A DNA stretch of 37,135 bases from a virus (IMGVR_UViG_3300042923_001353:1-37135); one strand, 5' to 3'. Counted from the stretch's first letter, positions 1-9,064 are shown. Made by a program: numbers and translations. Notes: a model not told the origin generated them from the letters alone.

Positions 1-30
1 GTTATTTGAATTGGTGTAATTGAAATATGC

Positions 31-57
31 AACCTTTACAGCCTCTTATCATATAAT
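31..57 (+). promoter_or_regulatory. Putative sigma-K-type (mother-cell sporulation) promoter of the split glycosyltransferase gene
   Basis: aACc at 31-34 and CATAtaaT at 50-57, with 16 nt from AC to CATA, match the AC-N16-CATA---T consensus; it lies upstream of RBS gggagtg (84-90) and ATG 96. TATAAT at 52-57 means sigma-A use cannot be excluded. Confidence 0.55.
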
Positions 58-74
58 GAAAAGTGTATACTGAA

Positions 75-302
75 TCAAACCTTGGGAGTGAGCTTATGCA
101 AATATGCGTTGATACCAGAGGAGCAAAGCTCTATGCCGGAACTCCAATAGGTACAAAAGTACAACAAATAGTATATTGAGTTTTTCTTATGAAACAAAAT
201 TTTCGCGGGAATAGACCATTCTCTCAGCAGCTCTTGCAGCTTTCCGAATGGTCTTAATCTACAATAACAATACTTGTCCAACCCTTCTACATTAAATACC
301 AT
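75..302 (-). CDS. Small ORF crossing attL; possible recombination directionality factor, or spurious
   Basis: ATG at 302 overlaps the end of the upstream 86-aa gene; no clear RBS and no recognised motif. Confidence 0.2.
   Translation of the reverse strand: MVFNVEGLDKYCYCRLRPFGKLQELLREWSIPAKILFHKKNSIYYLLYFCTYWSSGIELCSSGINAYLHKLTPKV
96..142 (+). pseudogene. 5' fragment (MQICVDTRGAKLYAG-T) of the prophage-interrupted GT4/CotSA-like glycosyltransferase
   Basis: Hand translation from ATG 96 after RBS gggagtg gives the typical GT4 N-terminal strand; it joins in frame to TGIGTYT at 33946. In the lysogen this frame stops at TGA 177-179. Confidence 0.9.
126..165. other. attL (host half ...ctatgccgg, core AAC 140-142, phage half tccaatagg...agtacaac)
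   Basis: Host half 131-139 is the reverse complement of 33947-33955; phage half 143-165 matches the reverse complement of 33923-33945 at 18 of 23 positions. Confidence 0.9.
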
Positions 303-547
303 TTGCAATTATTATTATCGAACATCAACTTAAAGGGTACTCGTAAACCATCAATAGTGCTCTCACATTTATAATGGAATGCTCTTCCAGCAGGATTGTT
401 CATTGATGCAAAGACCTTTTTAACCTCTTGCTCAACAATCTTATCCACGTTTATAACGTGTTTTCCTTCTTTATCCTCGAATCTTATTCGCATTGGCTTT
501 AGCCCGCCTTTGCCATCACAATCAACTATACATTCCACAGGTCTCAT
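287..547 (-). CDS. 86-aa SOS-type small beta-rich protein resembling the accessory proteins found next to DinB/Pol IV genes in Clostridia
   Basis: RBS gcggaggg before ATG 547; pattern V..D.dG..P..i.fED...I.vD...Y.C....G....L.F....W; LexA-like box upstream. Confidence 0.6.
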   Translation of the reverse strand: MRPVECIVDCDGKGGLKPMRIRFEDKEGKHVINVDKIVEQEVKKVFASMNNPAGRAFHYKCESTIDGLRVPFKLMFDNNNCKWYLM

Positions 548-574
548 AGTATCCCTCCGCATATTTTTTAGTAT

Positions 575-595
575 ATTATACCAAACATATGTTTG
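575..595 (-). promoter_or_regulatory. TATAAT -10 (580-575) with an adjacent LexA-like palindrome CAAACATATGTTTG (582-595)
   Basis: Perfect 14-bp palindrome, a variant of the Firmicute SOS box CGAAC-N4-GTTCG, directly upstream of the -10. Confidence 0.6.
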
Positions 596-703
596 CTTTG
601 GAACATAAATCTAATAACGCGTAAAACCCAGAGGTATAAACCTATTACCCCATTGATTTTACTTCGTTGTAGAGCATTTTGAGAGGTTGTTTTTTCAAAA
701 AAT

Positions 704-733
704 AAAAAAGCGTAGACAACGCTACGCTTTTTT
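704..733. terminator. Bidirectional intrinsic terminator after the endolysin
   Basis: aaaaaagcgtag-acaacg-ctacgctttttt. Confidence 0.85.
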
Positions 734-734
734 A

Positions 735-1466
735 CTATTCTAATTCCTTTGCAAATTTTATAATTAATTGTGAAGCAAATTCGCCTCTTATCAACTTGCC
801 AGCTTTTGCATTTTCTAACCAGTGAGCAGGTGAATTCATTATGCCCCTATCTTTCAACTTGGCTATTGCTATATATAGCTGTTGTTCCTCTGTCAGCTTC
901 TTTAGCCGCAGTTTTAAGTAATCAACAATACTATAAGCTATTGCCTGAGCTTCTACGGTTAAAAAGGCATCTGTTTTAAGCAGAGCTGCATCAGCTGCAT
1001 TGGTTACAAAACCACCCTCTGTTATAATGGCATCGGTGTCATTATCCCATATTCTGCGGATCATGTAATACCAATCAGAACCGATACTATTAAGTTTTGT
1101 AAATGCCCTTCGTTTTGGCATACCTGCTACAGCTAACCTTTGCATTATATCAAGTGCCAGTTTATCATCATAATCATCATAATGCGCATGAATGACCTCG
1201 CTGCCTCTTGCTTTTATATCTTCTGCAGCATTATGATGTACGGATATACATAAATCAGGATTATAAGCTTTTGCGATTGCAACCCTTTGATCTGCTGTAA
1301 GGGTTATGTCTGTTTCTCTTGTCAGCTTCACATCACATTCAAAGCCTAATAAATAATCCTTTAGCAGAAGGCCTACCTTCAAGTTGATAACTTTTTCAAC
1401 AAGTCCGTTTGCCTGGGCTCCCGGATCACTGCCGCCATGACCAATGTCAATTAATACTTTACTCAT
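735..1466 (-). CDS. Endolysin, N-acetylmuramoyl-L-alanine amidase (Amidase_3)
   Basis: IDIGHGGSDPGA, EK, SVHHNA and EGGF Zn-amidase motifs; RBS ggaggtg. Confidence 0.95.
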   Translation of the reverse strand: MSKVLIDIGHGGSDPGAQANGLVEKVINLKVGLLLKDYLLGFECDVKLTRETDITLTADQRVAIAKAYNPDLCISVHHNAAEDIKARGSEVIHAHYDDYDDKLALDIMQRLAVAGMPKRRAFTKLNSIGSDWYYMIRRIWDNDTDAIITEGGFVTNAADAALLKTDAFLTVEAQAIAYSIVDYLKLRLKKLTEEQQLYIAIAKLKDRGIMNSPAHWLENAKAGKLIRGEFASQLIIKFAKELE

Positions 1467-1518
1467 GTTTGCACCTCCAAAAAGAAAGGAGCAGGCAGCT
1501 GCCTACCCCAGTTTAAAT

Positions 1519-1842
1519 TTATTCTCTTTTAGGATTATCATCTTGGCGTTTGACTAATACCTGTTTTACTGACTCATTAAAAAATACAGTTAACGCCGCT
1601 ATGATTACCCCTTGAATGATACCTATAATAAGTCCAGCTATAGTAAAGCCTTCACCTAAAACAATAGCTGAGTATATCACCGCAAAAATTATGCCTATAA
1701 GCAGTAAAATAAAAGGTATCATCCACTCTGATTTGAACCAAGGTGCCTTTTTTAGGAACAATCCTAAGCACCATAAGAATGCTACTAATATCAGTAGCTC
1801 AGGTTTCACGAATTGTAGTAATATTTCCATATCCATTTTCAT
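1519..1842 (-). CDS. Phage holin
   Basis: Three hydrophobic segments, charged C-terminus, immediately upstream of the endolysin. Confidence 0.85.
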   Translation of the reverse strand: MKMDMEILLQFVKPELLILVAFLWCLGLFLKKAPWFKSEWMIPFILLLIGIIFAVIYSAIVLGEGFTIAGLIIGIIQGVIIAALTVFFNESVKQVLVKRQDDNPKRE

Positions 1843-1847
1843 CTCTC

Positions 1848-2174
1848 CTAAATTATATTTTTGATATCTTTTTTCTCCGTTGGAAGATCCTTAAGTCTTT
1901 CAACCAGCTCCGTAACAGTTCCATTGCCGCCAAGCGCATGATATTGAGTATATAGTGCCGTAACGTTATCAAGCGCATATATGGGGCAGAACTCTTTTTC
2001 ATGATAGTGATTATACGACTGGATTATTCGGTCTCTAAGCAGCGCTTGTATGCCTAGCTTAATAGCATCTTGCTCTCTTGACTTCATTTGAAGCTTTCTA
2101 TATAACGCAACCAAGCCCGCACATATAAGTCCAAATAGTACCTCAATCCAGTATTTGAGTATCCAATCTTGCAT
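1848..2174 (-). CDS. Holin-like lysis membrane protein with one N-terminal TM helix
   Basis: N-terminal TM; LLRDRIIQ...Y..LGGNG pattern common in Firmicute phage lysis cassettes. Confidence 0.7.
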   Translation of the reverse strand: MQDWILKYWIEVLFGLICAGLVALYRKLQMKSREQDAIKLGIQALLRDRIIQSYNHYHEKEFCPIYALDNVTALYTQYHALGGNGTVTELVERLKDLPTEKKDIKNII

Positions 2175-2207
2175 TCGGCACCTCCATCAAGTCTAGTTTT
2201 TGTAATG

Positions 2208-2235
2208 AAAAAGGAGCCTACTTTTGTAAGCTCCT
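2208..2235 (-). terminator. Intrinsic terminator between the tail and lysis modules
   Basis: Minus strand aggagcttac-aaaa-gtaggctcct followed by tttt. Confidence 0.65.
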
Positions 2236-2272
2236 ATCTGTTTTTAGTTACGCATAATTGTCCTCATGTGAA

Positions 2273-3994
2273 TTATCCTTTTACATATGCCATTATCTTA
2301 TTGATGTTTGCAACTGCAATTTTCCCACCCCATCTATAGGTATCTAACGTGTTAACATCCCATAATTCGGCTGCACTAAAATAAAGTTTTGGATAATTTA
2401 ATCTTTGCCAAAATCTAATAGGAAATTCTGCTTTTCCAACTGTTTCGCCAATTCGCATTGTGCTGAGTGGTTCGGTTATTGTACCAGCCGCAATATAGGA
2501 GTTATTTACAGATGAAATAAAGCAACCGCTTTTCATATTGTCATTTTCTGTAAAATAATAGTCTGTACCATCATTTTGAGAAGTTCTTGAATCTCCTAAT
2601 GAAGTAATCGCTCTATTTAATGTGGAATATTCAACAGGTAACATCAGTGGATATATTGTATTACATACAGTATCCGCCTCAGCTCTTAAATATCCACTAT
2701 ATTCAACAACTCCATCTAATCCTATACTGTGTGTTATAAACCATGTTGCAAGTTTGACTCCAGGGAATTCAGTATATTCGATATAATTATCTTGAAATAG
2801 CTGAAAACTCGCCCCTTCAACCCATTCATTTAACGGTAAATCTGCTTCATTTATTTTTACTCCATCAACCGTAAATACAGGAATATCATTGGCAAATGTT
2901 GTTCCTATCATTTCATGCTCAGGATTGAAACGATGTACTCCATTATAACTAATATCAACCGCTATCTCTTTATTAGATGCTTCATTTAACAAGGTTGCTG
3001 TTTTTACAATGCCATCTTCATCATATCCTTGTATAGTACCTGCAACTAGTGCATCTGTGCCATTTATCCAACCCCTCGCTGTTCCACCTGTTGGGGCATG
3101 GTTAGGGTCAGCCCCTTTATATGTTGCTACAATAGTATGCTCTACATTATTTAAACCTCTTACAATTTCCGATTCTAATCTAACACCGCCTGTATCAGTT
3201 AGATTCCACGTTGATATAGTAATTGGATTGGCAGTATCTCCATCTATTACAAATTCAAATATGCCACCTCTTGAATCTGCTCTATGTCTAAATACAAGTT
3301 TTGTACCTGTTACATTAACTGTAAATGTGGATTCTGCTATTGTTGTATAATAATCGGGCGGACTAGCTGTATTCCATGTACCTGTTAGATTTGTCGCTAA
3401 TCCGGTATCAACCAATCCGCCAATTAACCCAATATCACAAGCACCTAATTTTATAAAGTCATCGTTTGCGTCTTTGATAAAACCATAAGACACATAATTA
3501 TTACCATTGTCAACACATACTTGATAACTATTTTCTGCAATCATCCTAAATCTTAATCGATTATAATTAGTATGCTTTTTTATTAGTTCAACGTAATCAG
3601 CTTGATTCATGTACTTTATCTTTTTAGCATATTCAGTCAAATTTGCATTAATATCCGATATATCTTGCGCATTACCATCTAGTCTAAGACCAAGAGTAGC
3701 TTCTCCACCCCTAGCATCAATAATCTCCTGAGCTGCTATAGTACCATCTACTGGCGTGGTGATAATTTCATTCACTCTGTTGTTAGTCGCATTTATATCA
3801 GCTTCTACCTTACCAAAGCCATCATTTATTTTTATGTATTCTTCACTTATGTTTTTGTTCACATCAAGGTTGCAATACTTGTTATTCATTCTAGTCACCT
3901 CTTCCGTGTTACCAATGGCACCTACAGAGATAATAGAAAATGCTAATATAAAAATAGCAATTCGTACTGCAAGTTTATTATACTTATAAAACAT
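2273..3994 (-). CDS. Receptor-binding/tail fibre-like protein with two in-frame starts (3994 with a signal peptide; 3889 without)
   Basis: Last gene of the tail module; EIIDARGG...LGLRLD baseplate-attachment motif; beta-rich, carbohydrate-binding-like C-terminal part; both ATGs have strong RBS. Confidence 0.75.
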   Translation of the reverse strand: MFYKYNKLAVRIAIFILAFSIISVGAIGNTEEVTRMNNKYCNLDVNKNISEEYIKINDGFGKVEADINATNNRVNEIITTPVDGTIAAQEIIDARGGEATLGLRLDGNAQDISDINANLTEYAKKIKYMNQADYVELIKKHTNYNRLRFRMIAENSYQVCVDNGNNYVSYGFIKDANDDFIKLGACDIGLIGGLVDTGLATNLTGTWNTASPPDYYTTIAESTFTVNVTGTKLVFRHRADSRGGIFEFVIDGDTANPITISTWNLTDTGGVRLESEIVRGLNNVEHTIVATYKGADPNHAPTGGTARGWINGTDALVAGTIQGYDEDGIVKTATLLNEASNKEIAVDISYNGVHRFNPEHEMIGTTFANDIPVFTVDGVKINEADLPLNEWVEGASFQLFQDNYIEYTEFPGVKLATWFITHSIGLDGVVEYSGYLRAEADTVCNTIYPLMLPVEYSTLNRAITSLGDSRTSQNDGTDYYFTENDNMKSGCFISSVNNSYIAAGTITEPLSTMRIGETVGKAEFPIRFWQRLNYPKLYFSAAELWDVNTLDTYRWGGKIAVANINKIMAYVKG

Positions 3995-4113
3995 AACAAA
4001 ACCTCCAACCTATAATTATATTCCACAAATACCATTATATAACACTTTTATTAAATTATTGTAAATATTTATAATTAAGTAAATTAATATATACTTTACT
4101 AATCACTTAACGC

Positions 4114-4359
4114 CTATAATGAAGTTTCGGGTATTGCAGCTATCATCTCGTCAATTTCTTGTATGTTTGCATTCAATAAATCATATTGAGCCTTTAGTTG
4201 GGTGCTCTGCCTTACGATCTGCTGTTGTTGTGCAAAATATCTTTGTTTTTCTGCCATGAGCTCTTCTTTCGAAAGTTGCTTTTCCACCGTCTCTGTTATT
4301 ATCACACCACCATTTTCAGTGGTTTTGAAATTTTTCTTTAAAGTCTTTTGAATTGCCAT
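4114..4359 (-). CDS. Small coiled-coil tail-region protein
   Basis: RBS aaggagg; 81 aa, Q/E-rich helix. Confidence 0.7.
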   Translation of the reverse strand: MAIQKTLKKNFKTTENGGVIITETVEKQLSKEELMAEKQRYFAQQQQIVRQSTQLKAQYDLLNANIQEIDEMIAAIPETSL

Positions 4360-4377
4360 GTGAATCCTCCTTTATCT

Positions 4378-5832
4378 TTATACATGATAAGCAGCTATGT
4401 GATCTGCTATTGCCGCGTTTATAGCGGATTGCTTTACATACCCTGAGTTTCCTAAGCCTACTACATTTACCGATGAAAAATCCACATCATATGGAGTTTC
4501 AAATTCAATATTGCCAAGAGCTGAAAGCAATACAGCATCTGTGCCGTATGGATTGCTTATACTGGCACTTGCACTAAAAACAATAGCCTTACCAGTGTTA
4601 TTCGTATCGCCTAAGTAAAGATTATTGCCTACTCTTGCATTTTCAACAGTTTCTATTGTTCCGCCAAAGGTTCCAGTTTTAGCATTCATATGTCCTGCAA
4701 CATCAACACTAAAGTTGTAACCGCCAGATCCGTCCTCTCCAATGTCTATTGTACTACCCATAATTGAACCCCCGGTAATAGTCGCTGCTGTTACATCCCC
4801 GGAGAATACTCCACTGGCTGCATATATTGTGCCGTCAAATACAAACTCGCCTTCTAATGGATTAAAATACAGCTTATCTACATAGCTGCCTAACCCGTCT
4901 CCAGCTTGCATAGCTATAGTATCTGCATTGTAAATACTTCTGGCCAGTTTATCTGACCTTACGCACTCAAATCCAAATTCAGGACCTATCCTGGATCCGT
5001 AATACAATTTGTCTTTGATGACTGTTTTCGTTTCCATACGATACATTTGGGTTTCTATCGTATCAATAAAATTAGCAAGCTCTATGCTTGCTTCTAGGTT
5101 GTTGTATGGGTTGTAACTAATTTTAACTATTCTCAACTGTTGTTGTATGCCTAGATCCTTTTGTATGAGTAGTGCTTCATCACCTAATGCAAATTTCGTA
5201 TTTTCTAATTGAATAGGCTCACAGGCATAAGCCACTAATGCATTTCCAGCCTCATCTGCTTGTCTCTTGTCATATACCTTGCTGACAACCTTGATGTTTT
5301 TACCCTTGGTCAACAACTTACGTGTAGTGTTACCTCGATGTGCAACAATGGATATTTCAAACTTGTTAAAATCAGCTTCTCCACCCAGCTGTGCAATGAA
5401 CTCCATGAGGATTTGCCGTCTGCTCTTTGCTTCTTGTGCTGAATATGTTGTATTTTTAGTGAATTCTACTGTGCCTACAGCGAATTCTGTACCAACAAGC
5501 ATCTGTGCTAATATAGTTTCTGGTGTACCGGTAGCTGTAAAGTATTCCATGTCATACTCTGGATTATTCAATCTATAGCTCACATGTTCTGCTTGTATAT
5601 CCATCGATAATAAACCGTTCTCTGCCTGTCCTTTTAAGTAATAAGCTATGTCAAAATAGTCATTTTCTAGCTCAATTATGCTGTTTTCATCAACATTTTG
5701 AGCTAATTTTTCAGTTAACTCAGTACTAAAATTAAGCGTATTCTCTCCATTTATTTCTTCAGAGCGAACTGGATTTTCTGCCTTCTTGAGTATTACAAGC
5801 CTTTTAAAAGCACTATTTAATATCTTTATCAC
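4378..5832 (-). CDS. Tail-associated (Tal/prophage endopeptidase-like) hub/spike protein
   Basis: Follows Dit; EEING..TLNF, AEHVSYRL and GKNIK motifs; GTG 5832 after RBS aggtga. Confidence 0.85.
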   Translation of the reverse strand: MIKILNSAFKRLVILKKAENPVRSEEINGENTLNFSTELTEKLAQNVDENSIIELENDYFDIAYYLKGQAENGLLSMDIQAEHVSYRLNNPEYDMEYFTATGTPETILAQMLVGTEFAVGTVEFTKNTTYSAQEAKSRRQILMEFIAQLGGEADFNKFEISIVAHRGNTTRKLLTKGKNIKVVSKVYDKRQADEAGNALVAYACEPIQLENTKFALGDEALLIQKDLGIQQQLRIVKISYNPYNNLEASIELANFIDTIETQMYRMETKTVIKDKLYYGSRIGPEFGFECVRSDKLARSIYNADTIAMQAGDGLGSYVDKLYFNPLEGEFVFDGTIYAASGVFSGDVTAATITGGSIMGSTIDIGEDGSGGYNFSVDVAGHMNAKTGTFGGTIETVENARVGNNLYLGDTNNTGKAIVFSASASISNPYGTDAVLLSALGNIEFETPYDVDFSSVNVVGLGNSGYVKQSAINAAIADHIAAYHV

Positions 5833-5848
5833 AAGTCTATCACCTGCC

Positions 5849-6679
5849 TTATAACCACATAGGAGCAAATACTATTTGAACTGTTATATTTAGCCCGGTA
5901 CCGCTTACATTGATTGAGTTCTGCCCGGGTATAATACTGAGGAAGCTATCTATGTCCCCATCTATATTATCAAGATCATTAAGGCCATCCAAGGTGGCTT
6001 CCATATCGATATTATTAATCACTAAGGTTCCTGTACCTGCACCAACATATCCTAATGTCTTACCGTTAAGCGATATTGAAAGGGTTGTCCATGTACCTGT
6101 TATAACTACATTAAACTTGCTGCCTTGTGGACTGCTATTGTCTATTTCTTTAGTACCAGGATTCTCAAATTCAAAGGATGTATTTGCCGTGGCTGAAAAT
6201 GTGTAAGCATTACTCATTCCCCATGGTATATCCGTCCCCCAAGGAAAATTGGCTTCTCCCCAAGTTAGATCAGCATCAGTGTCTATAACCATATATGCAA
6301 AGGGCTGGCATTCAAAGGTGATATCTGCCTGACCAGTTTTTTTGAAAGTGTCTAAATCTACTCCACCAATAACTCTAGCCAGATAGTATTTATCAGGCTC
6401 ATCATTTATGATAAGTTTTTCCCACTGTTCTGAGCTTAGCCATGCCGCTATTTCTCTTGCTCTCCTTCTCAATTCTGCATAGCTTTCACCTTTATAGGCA
6501 ATATGCATTATTATAGGCTTTGGAGAGTAATCATTTTCGCCATAGTCAATTATGCCTGACTTGCCGTATATTTCTTTCGATTTAGGACGTATAGCAGCGA
6601 GCATGGGGCGTTTTATGGACATGCAGACAAGCTTAAATATCATGCTTGCTGTGCCTTTATACTCAAAGCTACCTATCAT
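5849..6679 (-). CDS. Distal tail protein (Dit)
   Basis: Follows the tape measure; DEPDKYYLA, ITFECQPFAY and PGQNSI motifs. Confidence 0.9.
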   Translation of the reverse strand: MIGSFEYKGTASMIFKLVCMSIKRPMLAAIRPKSKEIYGKSGIIDYGENDYSPKPIIMHIAYKGESYAELRRRAREIAAWLSSEQWEKLIINDEPDKYYLARVIGGVDLDTFKKTGQADITFECQPFAYMVIDTDADLTWGEANFPWGTDIPWGMSNAYTFSATANTSFEFENPGTKEIDNSSPQGSKFNVVITGTWTTLSISLNGKTLGYVGAGTGTLVINNIDMEATLDGLNDLDNIDGDIDSFLSIIPGQNSINVSGTGLNITVQIVFAPMWL

Positions 6680-8478
6680 ACTGGCACCACTCCTAACGCC
6701 CTTGATTTGCTTCTGTTATTCTGAGCTTGAATTCTACTTGTGCTTCTAGCAATCTCTTTACCTTCTAAATATACAGGCATAGTCACATATATATCCTGCG
6801 CCGATGATTGTCCATTACTGTTATTAAACTCTTCTCTTACAATTTTTCTTAGATCATCTAATGCACCAACAAATTCAGGTCTTTTTTCAGCTATACCAAT
6901 AATGCCAGGTGATCTAAATACTCCCCCTTTGTCGTACCAATCAATATTGAATTTCGGTATTTGTGGTGGATTCAAACTAAACTTGCCAGTTACATCGAAG
7001 TGTGGCAGCTTGATCTTTGGTAACTCCCATTTGAATTTAAAGAAATCTTTTATTTTATCTATAGCAATTCGTATTGCATCCTTTGCTGCATTAATTTTAT
7101 CTGTAATACCTGTTTTTATTTCATTAAACTTTTGACTAATCGCAGATCCAAGCGCACCAAGCTTTTCTTTAACGGTGTCCCAATTTTTATATAAAAGTAC
7201 TCCTGCAGCGATTACTGCCCCAATTGCCAAAATAATAAGTCCAATTGGGCTTGTTAAAAATGCAAAGGCCGTACCCAAAGCCGTTGTTACTGCAGTTGCA
7301 CCTGCAGCTATGGCACTCCACAATGTCATTTCAGCAGCCATAAGGGCTTGCTGTATATTGAAAGCTATCATTAAGGTTATAATTGTTCCTATCACTACAC
7401 CTAGCACTGTCAGCAGTGTTGAATTGTTTTCTATCCATTCAGGTAATTCTTTTAACTTTTCAAGAAATTCTTGTATTTGAGGAAGTACCTCGGCAAACTT
7501 TTCCCCAAACGAACCTAATACGGATGATTTCAAATTATCTATTGTATCTCCAAAAGCATCTAATCCTGCAACGGCTTCATCAGACATTACTGCTCCGTTA
7601 TTTCTAGCTTCTTCAGAGAGTCTCGCAAGCTCATCTCCACCAGCTTTAATAAGAGGATTCATATCCATAGCAGATCTACCGAATATTTGCATTGATAAAG
7701 CGTCGCGTTCGGTTTCATTCCCTACGTTATTGAGAGCTGTAAAAGCTTCTTCCATAACTGCTTTAGCATCTCTCATTTGACCATTACTATCAACAACAGA
7801 AATGCCTAATGCTTTAAATGCATCAGCTTGTGTACCGGTACCATCTTGAGCTTCATACATTGCTTTTGTTAGCTTTGCTTGAGCTCCTGTTATCGTTTCA
7901 AGCTCTACCCCTAAATTATTACCTGCATATTGCAGTTCTTGCAATCTTTCAGCTGTTAGTCCTGTTACATCAGCCTGTCTTTGTAGTTCATCAGCGCTAT
8001 TGACTGCTTCTGCTGCCAATCCAACAAATGCCGCTCCAACTGCTAAAGCTGCAGTTCCTGCTGCTACTGCTATATTCTTAAGATTTCCTACAGCTTCGTC
8101 CTTGGATAAAACTGCATTCGATTTTTTTGCTTGGTTCTCTAAGCTCTCTAAATTCTGCGTAGTAGCTATTACTTCTCTTTGGATGAGCCTGTATTGTTCT
8201 TCACTGCCTTTGCCTTCTTCCTTCAATTGCAGATATATTTGCTTCTCTGTTTCCTTTAAGGTGTCTAATTTGCTCTTTGTATTTCCAATTGCCTCAGCTA
8301 GGAGTTTTTGCTTTTGTTCAATTAAGGTTGTATTGGATGGATCTAGCTTTAATAGTCTATCAACTTGCTTAAGCTCAGACTGTAAATCCTTGGACTTTTT
8401 ATTTACACCTTCTAAAGCCTTATTTAAAGGCTGCGTATTGCCGCCAATTTCTATAGTAATGCCTTTAATACTTGCCAT
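6676..8478 (-). CDS. Tape measure protein (600 aa)
   Basis: IKGITIEIGG..QPL start, coiled coil, Ala-rich and hydrophobic segments, KLPHF...WY..GG C-terminus. Confidence 0.92.
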   Translation of the reverse strand: MASIKGITIEIGGNTQPLNKALEGVNKKSKDLQSELKQVDRLLKLDPSNTTLIEQKQKLLAEAIGNTKSKLDTLKETEKQIYLQLKEEGKGSEEQYRLIQREVIATTQNLESLENQAKKSNAVLSKDEAVGNLKNIAVAAGTAALAVGAAFVGLAAEAVNSADELQRQADVTGLTAERLQELQYAGNNLGVELETITGAQAKLTKAMYEAQDGTGTQADAFKALGISVVDSNGQMRDAKAVMEEAFTALNNVGNETERDALSMQIFGRSAMDMNPLIKAGGDELARLSEEARNNGAVMSDEAVAGLDAFGDTIDNLKSSVLGSFGEKFAEVLPQIQEFLEKLKELPEWIENNSTLLTVLGVVIGTIITLMIAFNIQQALMAAEMTLWSAIAAGATAVTTALGTAFAFLTSPIGLIILAIGAVIAAGVLLYKNWDTVKEKLGALGSAISQKFNEIKTGITDKINAAKDAIRIAIDKIKDFFKFKWELPKIKLPHFDVTGKFSLNPPQIPKFNIDWYDKGGVFRSPGIIGIAEKRPEFVGALDDLRKIVREEFNNSNGQSSAQDIYVTMPVYLEGKEIARSTSRIQAQNNRSKSRALGVVPV

Positions 8479-8493
8479 GCCTTCACCTCCCTA

Positions 8494-8712
8494 TCAGAAT
8501 CTGTCGAAGTCTGATTGAGTCGCCATTCTCACATCGTCTTCTTTTTCATCATCAGCTAGATGCTCATTGTTATAAGTGATAATAAACCCAATAATCATTC
8601 CAGGAGTCATGTTTTCAAAATCATTCAAACAGAGACCTCTCTCGATAGCTCTCAACATCAATATTTCTGTTGTTAGCTCGAGAGAGGTCTCTTCATCATT
8701 ATTCTCTATACT
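8494..8712 (-). CDS. -1 frameshift extension of the tail assembly chaperone (gpGT-like)
   Basis: Open -1 frame SIENNDEETSLELTTEILMLRAIERGL...RMATQSDFDRF* begins at the A9G run (8711-8720); absent from the ORF track. Confidence 0.8.
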   Translation of the reverse strand, partial: SIENNDEETSLELTTEILMLRAIERGLCLNDFENMTPGMIIGFIITYNNEHLADDEKEDDVRMATQSDFDRF

Positions 8713-9053
8713 TTTTTTTTACTCTGTACCGTTGAAGTCAAGCAGTTGAACATCATATCTGTTAATTCTGGTATGATATCCATCAACGGAAATTCGCTAA
8801 AAGTATCTAGCCATTCAACTGGAGGTGGTATCAATGGGTCTGCCGCCTTTGCAAGTGTCCAAATCAAGTTATAAAACACTTCTAGGTCAAGTGCTTCGAT
8901 GTTAGTGATCTTATTGTTCTCATCTACTGCACCTTGCAGCCTATAAATATCTTGCAATGCATCCCTGTGAAATTGCGCTTTATACCTTAGTAAAAAAGCA
9001 CCAGTAGACTTGAATTTTACATTTCTACAATCAATATTTAATACTTTTTCCAT
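8706..9053 (-). CDS. Tail assembly chaperone (gpG-like)
   Basis: Between the major tail and tape measure genes; IPPPVEWLDTF motif; ends SKKKV at a slippery run. Confidence 0.85.
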   Translation of the reverse strand: MEKVLNIDCRNVKFKSTGAFLLRYKAQFHRDALQDIYRLQGAVDENNKITNIEALDLEVFYNLIWTLAKAADPLIPPPVEWLDTFSEFPLMDIIPELTDMMFNCLTSTVQSKKKV

Positions 9054-9064
9054 CTAATTCACTC

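Noticed and set aside
2273-5832. Diversity-generating retroelement or shufflon acting on tail genes
   Set aside because: No reverse transcriptase, and I saw no duplicated template/variable repeat or repeated crossover sites.
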